From contig CAWFYD010000001.1 in the NCBI GenBank assembly GCA_963819945.1, forward strand, positions 67,755 to 131,754: a stretch of DNA of 64,000 nucleotides, read 5' to 3'. The DNA comes from an uncultured Acidimicrobiia bacterium (lineage in GTDB: Bacteria > Actinomycetota > Acidimicrobiia > IMCC26256 > JAENVU01). A model generated the notes under the pieces. It worked only from the letters and a program-made list of their open reading frames with translations, had not been told where the DNA came from and made no database searches. Position numbers and translations under genes: made by a program. This document shows, piece after piece, positions 20,897 through 32,200 of this stretch. The number at the start of each line of letters is the position of its first letter. The stretch's first letter is position 1.

Positions 20897-21874
20897 TCAC
20901 GCGCTGAGCTCGATCGCGTCGCTCATCATCGCGACCCGGCCCAACGTCGATGGCATGTACGACCGCCCGCCGGCGGCTTTCCGCAACGGCCCCGCGGCCC
21001 GCAGGCGCCGCAGGTAGGCCTCGGTCGAATGCAGTGACGCGTGCCCGAGGTACTCGCGTACCTCCCGGATGTCGGCACCGTTCTCGAGCATGTGCGCGGC
21101 CGCCGACTGCCGCAGCGCATGTCCGGACCGGCCGTCGAATGCGGCGACCTTCACGCCGGCGTCGCGCATCCACTGCGCGACCAGCTTCGACACGTAGTCG
21201 GCGGAGATTCCGAGTCCGGGATGGTTCTGCGAACGCAACAACGCGCCGGTCGGTCCCGGATGCGCGATGAGGTAGCGGCACAGGACGTCGCGCGTCTCTT
21301 CGGAGATCGGCAACGTCCGTTGTCTCGCACCCTTGCCATAGATCGTGATGAGCCAGTTGATGAGGTCGATGTCCTCGCGTTGGATGTCCGCGATCTCGCC
21401 GGCCTTCATGGCCTCCTGTGCCATCAGCAGGACGATCAACCGGTCGCGGTCCGAAGTGAGGACGGTGAGAACCGCGGTGATGTCGACCGCCGGCAACGCG
21501 CGCGGCACGGCCGGCAGCGCGGCCGGGCCGACGACTCCGTCGGCCGGGTTGTGGCTCAGGTAGTCGTGGCTGACGCACCAGGCGAGGAAGGTGCGCACGC
21601 AGGAGAGGTAGATGCGCTTGGTGCGCGGCGAGACGTCGAGCGTCTCGAGCCAGCGCTCGACGTCGCGGCGTTGCACCGCGCCGATCGGCTGCTCCCGGCC
21701 GACCCAGACCGAGAACTGTTGCAGCACCATCCGGTTGTGGACGGCGGAGCTCGAAGCGAACTCGCCGAGCTGCTTGCGTGCTTTGACATAGCTCTGAGCC
21801 AGGCTGCCCACGCCCACGAGTGCTCTCCCGGTCGGAAGCGACACAGGGCGACAAGCGGGGTCCGGACCCATCAT
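20897..21874 (-). CDS. tyrosine recombinase / phage-type integrase (intact)
   Basis: ORF 20897..22030 has an N-terminal SAM-like core-binding region (RRDVERWLETL...RTKRIYLSCVRTFLAWCV). The catalytic residues are R in GKGARQRTLP, H-x-x-R in HALRQSAAAHML, and H...Y in LGHASLHSTEAYL. The start is uncertain (ATG 21874, or upstream as far as 22030). Confidence 0.85.
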   Translation of the reverse strand: MMGPDPACRPVSLPTGRALVGVGSLAQSYVKARKQLGEFASSSAVHNRMVLQQFSVWVGREQPIGAVQRRDVERWLETLDVSPRTKRIYLSCVRTFLAWCVSHDYLSHNPADGVVGPAALPAVPRALPAVDITAVLTVLTSDRDRLIVLLMAQEAMKAGEIADIQREDIDLINWLITIYGKGARQRTLPISEETRDVLCRYLIAHPGPTGALLRSQNHPGLGISADYVSKLVAQWMRDAGVKVAAFDGRSGHALRQSAAAHMLENGADIREVREYLGHASLHSTEAYLRRLRAAGPLRKAAGGRSYMPSTLGRVAMMSDAIELSA

Positions 21875-22109
21875 CTCTGCGGCGACATTCTCCGCGGCCG
21901 GCCGGCCGGAAGACAAGTGCCCACAACACCCAACTCGGCCTTCCGAAATATCCTCGCTATGGGGTAGCAGCAGGTCAGGTGGCCTGCCGCTGCCAAAACG
22001 CCTAGGGAAGCTGCGTCCGGGCCGTCTCAAGCGGCTTCCGGCGGCGGCCGATGATCTCGCCGGAACGAGGTGGGGCCAGTGGTCGGAATCTTTCGCGACA
22101 CGAACGTCG

Positions 22110-22856
22110 ATGACAACCCGGTCGGAAGCGGCCGGTCGCGCCGCCGGCGCGCCCGGACTCAGACAGCACCGTGGGTCCGGGCGAGACCGACGGCCCCGGT
22201 CGATCCCGGACCATCGACCCGCCGCTGCCCGCTGGTCGCGCTCGTGCTCGGCATCTCCGGCGTCGTCCTCGGCATCTCAGTCGTCTGGTTCTTCGCCGCG
22301 ATCCCGGTGGGGATCGTCAGCATCGTCGCCGGGCTCGTCGCTCGCCGTCGCGTCGACACCTACCACGACCCGCGCGCCGCGGCCGCGCGCCACGATCGGC
22401 ACCGCGCTCGGCTGTGTGGCGATCCTCCTCGGCATCACCGGCGCGTACTTCCTGCCCCGGGTGCTCGATCGTGCGGACGGGTTCCTCGGAACGATGCAAC
22501 GGAACGTGAACGACGACGTCAGGCAGGTCAACGGAGGTCTGAGCCGCGACGTCAATCGGCTCGACCGCACGCTCTCACGCGACCTTCGGCGCTTCGAAGC
22601 CTCCAACCGGACCGATCTCAACGACCTCGAGAAGCGCACCGGTGTGGCGATGGCCGCCCTCGAGCTGCGGCTCAATGGTGACGTCGCAACCGTGAGCGCG
22701 TCCGAGCGCCGTGACCTCGCGCAGCTCGAGACCCGCTTGCAGCACGATCTCGAGGCGCTCGAAGCTTCGATGCGCAAGTCCGACGACACGCTGCACGACA
22801 CCGTCGGCGGACTCGACGCGCGCATCACCAAGATCGAGAAGAAGCTCGGACTCTGA
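22110..22856 (+). CDS. membrane protein: DUF4190-like two-TM N-domain plus repetitive coiled-coil C-domain; one frameshift near 22380
   Basis: The TM region LVALVLGISGVVLGISVVWFFAAIPVGIVSIVAGLVARRR is in ORF 22070..22681. The second TM and the coiled coil (DVRQVNGGLSRDVNRLDRTLSRDLRRFE...LETRLQHDLEALEASM...ITKIEKKLGL) are in ORF 22110..22856. The start is uncertain (22070-22200). Confidence 0.6.
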   Translation: MTTRSEAAGRAAGAPGLRQHRGSGRDRRPRSIPDHRPAAARWSRSCSASPASSSASQSSGSSPRSRWGSSASSPGSSLAVASTPTTTRAPRPRATIGTALGCVAILLGITGAYFLPRVLDRADGFLGTMQRNVNDDVRQVNGGLSRDVNRLDRTLSRDLRRFEASNRTDLNDLEKRTGVAMAALELRLNGDVATVSASERRDLAQLETRLQHDLEALEASMRKSDDTLHDTVGGLDARITKIEKKLGL

Positions 22857-22871
22857 CCGGACCTGACCCCT

Positions 22872-22918
22872 GACGGGACGGCCGGTGCCATCATGGCGCG
22901 GTCACCCCTCGTCCCGTC
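22872..22918 (+). terminator. inverted repeat (9-bp arms GACGGGACG / CGTCCCGTC) between the coiled-coil gene and pirin
   Basis: Read directly from the sequence. The arms are at 22872..22880 and 22910..22918, with an inner palindrome GCCATCATGGC. There is no U-tract, so its function is unproven. Confidence 0.25.
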
Positions 22919-22929
22919 GGGAGCGGATC

Positions 22930-23642
22930 ATGGGCACGACCATCGAGGTGCGCGAGCCGGGTCAGCGCCTCCACACGACGCTCGACTGGCTCGACTCCTG
23001 GCACTCGTTCAGCTTCGGTCACCACTACGACCCGGCGAACGTCAACCACGGGCTGCTCATCGTGCACAACGACGACACCGTCGCAGGCCGGCCGCGGGTT
23101 CGGCATGCACTCGCACCGCGACATGGAGATCGTCACCTGGGTGCTCGATGGCGAGCTGCGCCACCGCGACTCCGAGGGCAACGACGCAGTGATCTACCCC
23201 GGCCTGGCGCAGCGCATGAGCGCGGGTACCGGGATCACGCACTCCGAGTGGAACGCGAGCGAGGCCGAGCGCGTCCACTTCCTCCAGATGTGGGTGCCGC
23301 CGGACGTCGCAGGGCGTGGCGCCGGGCTACCAGGAGACCGACGTGACGGCCGCAGCTCGCGGGCGGCGAACTGGTGCAGATCGCCGGCGGCGGCAACGAC
23401 GGCGCACTCCACCTGCACCAGGCCGGGGCCGAGCTCTGGATCGCCCGGGCACCGTCCGGGGCCGCCCTCACCGTGCCGGACGCGCGCCCACGTCCATGTG
23501 TTCATCGCGTCCGGAGACGCGACGCTCGACTCGAGCCACTCGTTGGCCACTGGCGCGGCGGCGCGATTCGACGGACGCCGGCGTCGTGCAGCTGGACGTG
23601 GGCGCGGCCGGCGCTGAGGTCGTGATCTGGGCGACCACGTAG
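22930..23642 (+). CDS. pirin family protein; several frameshifts
   Basis: [26 protein letters not shown] is in ORF 22885..23346. [27 protein letters not shown]...GITHSEWN is in ORF 23105..23617. The C-terminal barrel pieces are in ORFs 23374..23625 and 23316..23642. Confidence 0.85.
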
Positions 23643-23659
23643 CCCGCTCGGACGCGGCG

Positions 23660-23953
23660 CTACGGGTGCGAGGGGGCCGGCGCGGCGCCGTCGACGAGGA
23701 ACATGAGGTCGTCGGCGTAGCAGTACCACCAGTCCTCACCCGGCTCGTACGAGCGGATGACCGGGTGCGCCACCGAGTGGTAGTGCGCGGTCGCGTGCCG
23801 GTTCGGAGAATTGTCGCAACAGCCGACGTGTCCGCAGATCATGCAAAGACGGAGATGCACCCAGACCCCGCCCATGCGCAGGCAGTCCTCGCAGCCGGTG
23901 CTCGACGGAACGACATCGGCGATCTGGTCCAGGTGCGTGCATTCATCAGGCAT
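23660..23953 (-). CDS. UBP-type zinc-finger domain protein
   Basis: Intact frame: MPDECTHLDQI...CEDCLRMGGVWVHLRLCMICGHVGCCDNSPNRHATAHY... Confidence 0.8.
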   Translation of the reverse strand: MPDECTHLDQIADVVPSSTGCEDCLRMGGVWVHLRLCMICGHVGCCDNSPNRHATAHYHSVAHPVIRSYEPGEDWWYCYADDLMFLVDGAAPAPSHP

Positions 23954-24084
23954 GTCCGTACCTCCCTGGTGGACGGATGCGTGCGCCAAGTCGGCCGCGC
24001 CCGACCGGCCATCGGAGCCTACGGACTGACGACCCGGCCTGGCACGTCGAACCGCTCAGCCGATTCGCGGCGGTCGGACTTCCC

Positions 24085-24516
24085 TCACGACTCCGCGCGG
24101 ACCAACGCCGGCTGACGTCGGCACGCCACGTCGAGGGCCAGGGTGTCTTCGAGCACCCAGTCGTCGGTCATCCGGCCCCAGCGCAGTGTGAGCCACTGCA
24201 CCGCTTCGTTCTCGTAGCGGGTGCCGTCGGCGAGCGTGGCGCCGATGGCGATCCGGACGGCGATCCGGGTGTGCCAGGGCCACCCGCTGACGATCACGTC
24301 CTGCACGTCGAACGTGATGTCCGGGAACCGCTCGAACACCGCGCCGAGCCAGGCGCGAAACCGGTCGCGACCGACGAACGAGTCGCCGAGCGGGGTCGCA
24401 CCGACGAACGTGAACCGCATGTCTTCCGCCGCCATCTTCCACGGAACGTCGAGGTCACGGGCGTTGATGCTCCGCCAGACGGCCCGGGTCTTGGCCGCCA
24501 CGATCTTCCGGTACAT
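24085..24516 (-). CDS. SnoaL-like / NTF2-fold protein
   Basis: Intact 143-aa ORF, transcribed divergently from the HxlR regulator. Confidence 0.7.
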   Translation of the reverse strand: MYRKIVAAKTRAVWRSINARDLDVPWKMAAEDMRFTFVGATPLGDSFVGRDRFRAWLGAVFERFPDITFDVQDVIVSGWPWHTRIAVRIAIGATLADGTRYENEAVQWLTLRWGRMTDDWVLEDTLALDVACRRQPALVRAES

Positions 24517-24534
24517 CTCGACTCCTCGGTTCTT

Positions 24535-24570
24535 GTATTGAACTCACCATAAGGGAGATGAGTTCAATAC
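24535..24570. promoter_or_regulatory. perfect inverted repeat GTATTGAACTCA-N12-TGAGTTCAATAC; probable HxlR operator
   Basis: The 12-bp arms are at 24535..24546 and 24559..24570. They sit in the 76-bp divergent intergenic region between 24516 and 24593, in locally AT-rich sequence. Confidence 0.5.
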
Positions 24571-24592
24571 GTCAACCCACTAGGCTGACGGC

Positions 24593-25093
24593 ATGAGGCA
24601 AACGAGCTTCGCCGGCATGAACTGCTCCATGGCTCGCAGTCTCGAGGTGATCGGTGACTGGTGGACTCCCCTCATCCTCCGCGACCTCTACATCGGGATC
24701 TCCCGCTTTGATGCGCTCGCGACCGATCTCGAGATCTCGCGCAACCTCCTGTCGACGCGACTGAACGCGCTGGTAGAGGACGGGATCATCGAGCGTCGCC
24801 GATACCGCGAGCACCCGCCCCGCGACGAGTACACGCTGACCGAAGCCGGCCGCGATCTGGTGCCGGTGCTCATGGCGCTCACCGCGTGGGGCGACCGCTG
24901 GGTCGTCCCGGCCAACGGTCCGCCGGTCCAGTTCCGCCACCATGACTGCGGTGAGATCTTCGAGCCGCAGGTCACCTGCTCCCACTGCGCCGAGCCGGTG
25001 ACGGCCGAGCACGTCGACGTGCTCCCCGGCCCCGGGGGGCGGGCCGGCCCCGGCACGCGGCTGATGGCCCAGGCCTTGCGCAGCCGGAAGTAA
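24593..25093 (+). CDS. HxlR-family winged-helix transcriptional regulator with Cys-containing C-terminal extension
   Basis: Intact frame: CSMARSLEVIGDWWTPLILRDL...RFDAL...ISRNLLSTRLNALVEDGIIERR.YREHPPRDEYTLTEAGRDL. Confidence 0.85.
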   Translation: MRQTSFAGMNCSMARSLEVIGDWWTPLILRDLYIGISRFDALATDLEISRNLLSTRLNALVEDGIIERRRYREHPPRDEYTLTEAGRDLVPVLMALTAWGDRWVVPANGPPVQFRHHDCGEIFEPQVTCSHCAEPVTAEHVDVLPGPGGRAGPGTRLMAQALRSRK

Positions 25094-25125
25094 CACTGGG
25101 GGCTCCGACGAATGGAGAGCACCCG

Positions 25126-25314
25126 ATGAGCACCGAGAACGATCCCGAAGCCGACGACCTGAGCGATCTCATCCCCGGCAACGACGACGCGATCCCGACG
25201 ACCGATCGCGACGAGGACGAGCAAGCGGCCGCCGATGTGCTCGAGGTCGACCAGAAGGAGCTCGAGGAGCTGGGGCTGACCCTCGACGATCCCCACCAAC
25301 CCGAAGCCGAGTAG
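25126..25314 (+). CDS. small highly acidic hypothetical protein (62 aa)
   Basis: Intact ORF rich in Asp/Glu. No function recognised. Confidence 0.4.
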   Translation: MSTENDPEADDLSDLIPGNDDAIPTTDRDEDEQAAADVLEVDQKELEELGLTLDDPHQPEAE

Positions 25315-25336
25315 CTCCGGCGCGGTCCGTGGGAGG

Positions 25337-26024
25337 TCAACCGTCCTCGGGAGGTCGAGCCGCCGCACCGGGCACCGCGATCCCGACCTCGTAGGCGATC
25401 ATCACGAGCTGCGCGCGGTCACGGCAGTCGAGCTTGGTGAGCAGCCGGCTCACGTGCGTCTTCGCGGTCGCGTGCGCCATGAAGAGCTCGTCGGCGATCT
25501 CGGCGTTCGACAGGCCGCGCGCGACCGCGGCGAGCACCTCGACCTCGCGCTCGGTCAGGGTGTCGAACCCCGGCGGTGGCGCAGTCGGTACCGCCGGCTC
25601 CACGTCGCCCGCGAACTGCTCGATCAGGCGGCGGGTGACGCTTCGGCGCCAGCAACGCCTCACCCGCCGCGACCACCCGCACCGCGCCGAGCAGGTCGTC
25701 GGGCAGGGTGTCCTTCAGGAGGAAGCCGCTCGCGCCCGCTCGCAGCGCGCCGAGGACGTACTCGTCGAGGTCGAAGGTGGTGAGGACGAGGACGCGGGTG
25801 TCGCACCCGCTCGCCGCGATCCGGCGGGTGGCCTCGATCCCGTCCATCTCCGGCATGCGGATGTCCATGAGGATCACGTCGGGGCACTCGGCCGCCACGA
25901 GATCGACGGCCTCGCGCCCGTCACCCGCCTCGCCGACCACCTCGATGTCGTCGGCGGACCGCAGCAGCACGCTGAAGCCGCTGCGGACGAGGGCCTGGTC
26001 GTCGGCGACCGCGACGCGGATCAT
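25337..26024 (-). CDS. LuxR/NarL-family two-component response regulator; one frameshift near 25650 (extra A)
   Basis: The receiver reads MIRVAVADDQALVR...VILMDIRMPEMDG...LVLTTFD (ORF 25419..27035 frame). The HTH reads LTEREVEVLAAVARGLSNAEIADELFMAHATAKTHVSRLLTKL (ORF 25337..25663). The ATG overlaps the kinase stop (ATGA). Confidence 0.9.
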
Positions 26025-27207
26025 TCGGCCTCCCGGTACGGCAGCTCGGCCACCACGGCGAACCCGCCGCCGGTCCGGGGTCCCGCCGACAGCGACCCGC
26101 CGTACACCCCGACCCGCTCGCGCATGCCGACCAGCCCGTGGCCGCCCTCGGTGGCGGTGCCGTTCACCCCGCGCCCGTCGTCGGTGATCCGGAGCCGGAC
26201 CGCGTCGGGCTCGTACGTGACCGTCACCACCGCCTGCGCCGGACCGGCGTGCTTGAGCACGTTGGTGAGCGCCTCCTGCACGATCCGGTACGCGGTGAGG
26301 TCGACGCCGGGGGGCACGTCGGCGGAGGAGCCCTCGACGCACACCGACACCGGCAGGCCCGCGTCGCCGAGATCGGCGACCAGCCGGTCGAGGTCGGCCA
26401 GGCCGGGCGCGGGCTGGTAGGCGGCGGCGCCGTCGTCGCGCAGCACCCCGAGCAGACGACGGATCTCGGTGAGCGTCGAGCGGCTCGTCGCCGAGATCGC
26501 GTCGAGGGAGCGCTTGGCCTCCGCGGGGTCCTGGTCGATCACGTGCGCGCCGACGCCGGCCTGCACCGCGATGACGCCCATCGAATGCGCGACGACGTCG
26601 TGCAGCTCCTGCGCGATCCGCAGCCGCTCCTCGGCGACGGCGCGCTTCGGCCTCCTCGTCGCGCTCACGCTCGAGCTCGATCGCCCGGGCCTCGAGCTCA
26701 CCCAGGTACAGGCGCCGGTTCCGCATCGTCGACCCGAAGAGGTACGCGCCGGCGTAGACGGCACCACTCAGCGCGAGCCCGGTCGTCGTCGCGTCCGGGA
26801 TGCCCGCGGCCGCGACCGACGTGAGCCCGATCGCCACCGCGAGGACGCTGAGCAGCCGGCCACGGCCATCGGCGTGCGACCCGACCGTGTAGAGCCCCAC
26901 GAGCAGCATCTGGGACTGGACGTTGGAGGGATAGCCGATGATGGCCAGCACGCACAGCGCGACCACGTTGGTGAGCAGCACGGGGACGGGTGCGCGCCGT
27001 CGCGCGAAGTAGGGCAGGCTGCACAAGAGCGCCAAGCACCACGCCGAACGCGTCCGCCGAGTGATAGCCGGGCTTCGAGCCCTCGTCGCTGAACAGACCG
27101 ACGAGCCCGAACACGGTGAACGCGGTCCCGAGGAACGCGTCCAGGACCCACGGATTCAGGTCGCGGAAGCGCTGCGAGAGCTGCGCGAATCGGGTCCCCG
27201 TCTCCAT
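26021..27207 (-). CDS. sensor histidine kinase (HisKA_3 / DesK-NarX type); frameshifted
   Basis: The TM sensor region is in ORFs 26698..27207 and 25419..27035. The H-box AQELHDVVAHSM and the ATPase motifs QEALTNVLKHAG, DDGRG and GHGLVGMRERV are in ORF 26021..26767. Confidence 0.9.
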
Positions 27208-27423
27208 GCGGTCAACCTAACCACCGGTCGGGACCGGGCGCATCGGCTCACGGGATGACCCGCGCGTACACCCCGGGATGTACGCGCCGGCTGCGGCATC
27301 CATCGCGGGAGGGCCCCGAGGTGCACGCCCGAACCATCGCCGGGCCGACGAAATCGGGCACCGGGAAGCGCATCGTGGCGGGGACGGCTCGAACGGCGGG
27401 CCGCAGCCGAAAGGAACCCGACG

Positions 27424-28201
<778 letters not shown>

Positions 28202-28203
28202 TC

Positions 28204-30748
28204 ATGTTCGCACTCGTCCTCAACTCCATCCGGGCCAACAAGACCCGGTTCTTCCTCACCGGCGTCGCCGTCATGCTCGGCGTCGCCTTCATGACCGGCA
28301 CGCTCGTCCTGACCGACACCATCAAGAAGTCCTACGACGACGTCGCCGCCAACGTGTACAAGTCCAGCGACGCGGTGGTGCGCTCCGGCCGCCACATCGA
28401 CGCCGGCGATCAGGGTGACAACCGCGGCACGGTCTCGGCGGCGACGCTGGACCGGGTCCGGTCGGTGCCCGGCGTCAAGACCGCCGAGGCCCAGCAGCTG
28501 GGCGTCGCGATGGTGGTCGGCCACGACGGGGACCTCCTCGACGCCAACCGCGAGCGGGCGATCCCGATCGCGATGGCGTGGCAGTCCACTCCCGCCCTGA
28601 ACCCGCTCGAGCTCGCCTCGGGTCACGCGCCGCGTGCTCCGGACGAGGTCGTCATCGACCGCGCGCTCGGCGAAGAAGGGCGACTTCCACGTGGGTGAGA
28701 CCGTCCAGGTCATCAGCCAGGTCGGGCACGAAGCCGTACCGGCTCGCCGGGATCGCGACCTACGGCGGTCACGACAGCGCCGCGGGCGCCCAGGTCGTGG
28801 CGTTCGCGCCGGAGACCGCGGCCGCCGCCATCGGCACGCCCGGCCGCTACACCGCGGTCGAGGTCATCGCCGAGCCGGGCGTGAGCCAGGCCGAGCTCGC
28901 GGCGTCCCTGCGCCGGGCGCTCCCCGAGCGTGACGTCGAGGTGCTCACCGGCGCCGAGGCGGCCAAGGAGGCCGAGAAGGCGGCCGGCAAGAGCATGCAG
29001 TTCATGAACATGTTCCTGATGATCTTCGCCGTCGTGGCGCTCGTGGTCGGGTCGTTCGTGATCTACAACACCTTCTCGATCACGGTCGCCCAGCGCACCA
29101 AGGAGACCGCGCTGCTCCGGGCGATCGGCGCGAAGCGCAGGCAGGTCACCCGCGCGGTGATGGTGGAGGCGCTCCTCACCGGCATCTTCGCCTCGGCGGT
29201 CGGTGTCGTCGCCGGGATCGGCGCGGCGCAGGGTCTGCGGGCCGTGCTCGGTGCCTTCGGGCTCGAGCTCCCCGGCACGGGCTCGGTCGTGGCGCCGGCG
29301 AGCCTGATCGTCTCGGCACGTCATCGGCGTGGTCGTCACCGTGATCGCCGCGTACCTGCCGGCCCGCAAGGCGGCGAAGGTGGCGCCGATCGAGGCGCTG
29401 CGCGACGCGGCGGTCGACCGGTCGTCGACCTCGAAGCGCCGGGTCGTGATCGGCACCCTCCTCGCCGCGGTCGGCGGTTACGCCGTCGCCGCGGGGCTCG
29501 GCGCCCACACGGTCGCGACGGTCGGCCTGGGTGCACTGGGCGTCTTCGTGGCGCTGGTCGTGCTCGGACCGGTCATCGCCCGGCCGCTGTCCCGTGGTCT
29601 GGGCGTCCTGCTCCCCCGCTTCCGCGGGATGCCGGGCACCCTCGCCCGGGAGAACGCGTCACGGAACCCGCGGCGCACGGCCTCGGCCGCGTCCGCACTG
29701 ATGATCGGCGTCGCCCTCGTCGCCTTCATGACGGTGTTCGCGGCGTCGGCCAAGGCCAGCATCGCCACGTCGATCGACAAGGCGATGAAGGCCGACTGGA
29801 TCGTCGAGACGCAGTTCGGCATGGGCGGGATGAGCCCCGACGTGACGAAGCGGATCGACGCCCTGCCCGAGACCGGTGCGGTCACGGCGCTGCGGTACCT
29901 GAACACCACGGTCGACGGCAAGGTGAAGAACACCTCGGCCGTCGACGAGACCACGGCCACGCAGACGATCGACTTCGACCTCCGGTCGGGCTCGGTCCAG
30001 GCGCTCGGTCCGGGCACGGTCGGCGTGCAGGCCGACGAGGCGAAGGCCCACCACCTGCGCGTCGGTGACACGGTGGCCATGACGTTCGCCGAGACCGGCT
30101 CGCAGACGCTGCGGGTCGTGGCGATCTACGGGACCAAGGAGCCGATGGGTCCGTACACGCTCGGCATCGAGACCTTCGACGCCAACGTCACGAACCACGT
30201 CGACAACCACGCGCTCGTCGACACGGCCGACGGGGTCTCGATGACCCAGGCCCGGGCGGCGATCGACCAGGTGCTCGAGGACTCCCCCAACACGTCGCTG
30301 CTGACGCGGGACGAGTTCAAGGGCGACGTCGCCAACCAGATCAACAAGGTGTTGAACCTGGTGTACGTGCTCCTGGCCATGGCGCTGGTGATCGCGCTCT
30401 TCGGCATCGCCAACACGCTGGCGCTGTCGGTCTTCGAGCGCACCCGGGAGCTCGGGCTGCTCCGGGCCGTCGGGATGGCCCGGGCGCAGGTGCGGGCGAC
30501 CGTCCGGTGGGAGTCGGCGCTGATCGCGCATGCTCGGCACCGTCCTCGGCACCGCGCTCGGCCTGGGCCTGGGCTGGGCGCTCATCCGGGCGGCCAGCGG
30601 CACCCAGCTGGCGCAGCTGTCGGTCCCGGTGCGGCAGCTGGCGGTGATCGTCGTCGTCGCCACCGGTGCCGCCGTCATGGCGGCCGCGCTCCCCGCCCGA
30701 CGGGCGGCGCGCCTCGACGTGCTGCGGGCCATCCAGACCGGCGACTGA
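28204..30748 (+). CDS. FtsX-family ABC permease, double FtsX domain (about 848 aa); several frameshifts
   Basis: [29 protein letters not shown] is the N-terminus. The two FtsX modules read [19 protein letters not shown] and [19 protein letters not shown]. Pieces lie in ORFs 27424..28698, 28634..28933, 28578..30068, 29329..31020 and 30530..30748. Confidence 0.9.
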
Positions 30749-30858
30749 ACGCGGCGGTCGAGCGACCCGGGGAGAGGTCGGCGCGGTTGCGCCCGGCCTC
30801 TCCCCGCCCGCGTTCCGCGTCGCGAGGCGCCCGCAACATCGTCGTTGCGACGCCGTCG

Positions 30859-32156
30859 TCAGGTCGAGCGACGTCGGGAGCGGTGAACCGGCCGCGGAGT
30901 CCGCCCATCGGTCGGAGCGAGAAGCTTGCGTCCTCCTCGATGGAGCTCGAGATGGCGACGTCGCCGAGTCGAGCGAGCGCGGGGATGATCGCGCGGAGCT
31001 CGGCCAGCGCGAGGTGTTGACCGATGCAGCCGCGGGGCCCGAGGCCAAAGGGGATGAAGCTGCGGGCCTGCGCCGGGTCGTCGGCGGGGTGTCGATCGGG
31101 GTCGAAGCGTTCGGGGTCGGGCCAGACCTGCCGGATCGCGGAGAATGCCGCGCAGGTAGATGCTGACGACGGTCGGGCGGCGCACGCGCACCGGTCCGTC
31201 GGCGCCGGGCAACGCTGACCCCGCCCCGGGTCGGGCGTGCGGATGAGTCCCCACGCCGGCGGTCGCAGGCGCAGTGTCTCCGCCACGAAGGCGTCGGCAC
31301 GCTCGGGGTCGTGACGCAGTCGCGCCCAGTGGGTCGGATGCGCGGCGCCCTGGACGAGCACCCAGGACAGCGCGGCGGCCGTCGTCTCGTTGCCGGCGAG
31401 GAGCAACCCGAGCACGTGACTGCGGATCTCGGAGCGCTTCAGTGCGCGGCCGTTGACGTTCGCCGCACTCAAGCTCGCCAAGACGGTGCCGTCGACCGCG
31501 CCATCGTTGCCGGTGCGGTCGATGATGTCGTCGACGGCAGATTCGAGGACGCGCCGGTGTGCGCGCATCCGACGGGCTCCGGCACCGAACGCGATCGGAA
31601 CGCCGCTCGAGAATGCACCGAGGCGGTGGCCGACCCACGCGACGACCTCACGCTGGTGATCCGCCAGGACCCGGGCTCGCTCCGAATCGAGCCGCGCGCC
31701 GAGGAACACCCATGCCGCGATCACCAGGGCGAGGCGGCCCATGAGCAGCTCGAGGTCGATCTCTTCGTCCCGCGCGACGCCGGAGAGCTCCGAGTCGACA
31801 AGGTCGTCGATCGCAACGAGTCGGCTTGCGAGCACTCGGCCGCGGAACGCGGGTGCCACGATCGGTTGGCTCCGCGACCAGGCCCGGTCCGATTGCGTGA
31901 AGATGTTCTCCCCCACGCCGAGCCGGACCGGGTAGCGCATCGTGGGCGGGCGGGTCCACGAGGCGGACTCCGTGACGAGGATCCGGCGGGCCACCTCGGC
32001 ATCGGAGACGACGTAGACGGTCGACCGGCCGAACCGCAGTGCGGTGACCGGTCCGAGGGCGGCGGCCTCGTCGAGATATCGCAACCGGTCCTCGCTGAAG
32101 GCTCGGAGCGATCCGAGCAGTGACCGGTCGATACGGAACGTCGGCAGCGATTCCAT
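30859..32156 (-). CDS. cytochrome P450; frameshifted in the K-helix to meander region
   Basis: In ORF 30675..32213 from ATG 32156: the I-helix LLAGNETTA, the ExxR motif ETLRLRPP, and the heme loop FGLGPRGCIGQHLA. The stop is approximate because the ORF runs on antisense into the permease gene. Confidence 0.85.
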
Positions 32157-32167
32157 GGGCCCTCCGG

Positions 32168-32189
32168 ACAAAGCAAGTACTTTCTTTGT
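32168..32189. promoter_or_regulatory. 22-bp near-perfect palindrome ACAAAGCAAGTACTTTCTTTGT; probable TetR operator
   Basis: It occupies half of the 44-bp divergent P450/TetR intergenic region. The central AAGTACTT is self-complementary and the outer arms are ACAAAG and CTTTGT. Confidence 0.5.
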
Positions 32190-32200
32190 AGCCTGTCGGG

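Noticed and set aside
21875-22070. A possible excisionase or small regulator upstream of the integrase (ORF 22002..22214 minus).
   Set aside because: The translation has no HTH-like segment and is Arg/Pro-rich. It is most likely non-coding promoter region.
20773-22110. att-site search: a direct repeat of the tRNA-Leu 3-prime end near the integrase.
   Set aside because: I found no convincing match to the tRNA 3-prime segment by eye. CTCACAGCCGGGGCACAGC at about 20811 only superficially resembles the tRNA flank. A computational repeat search is still needed.
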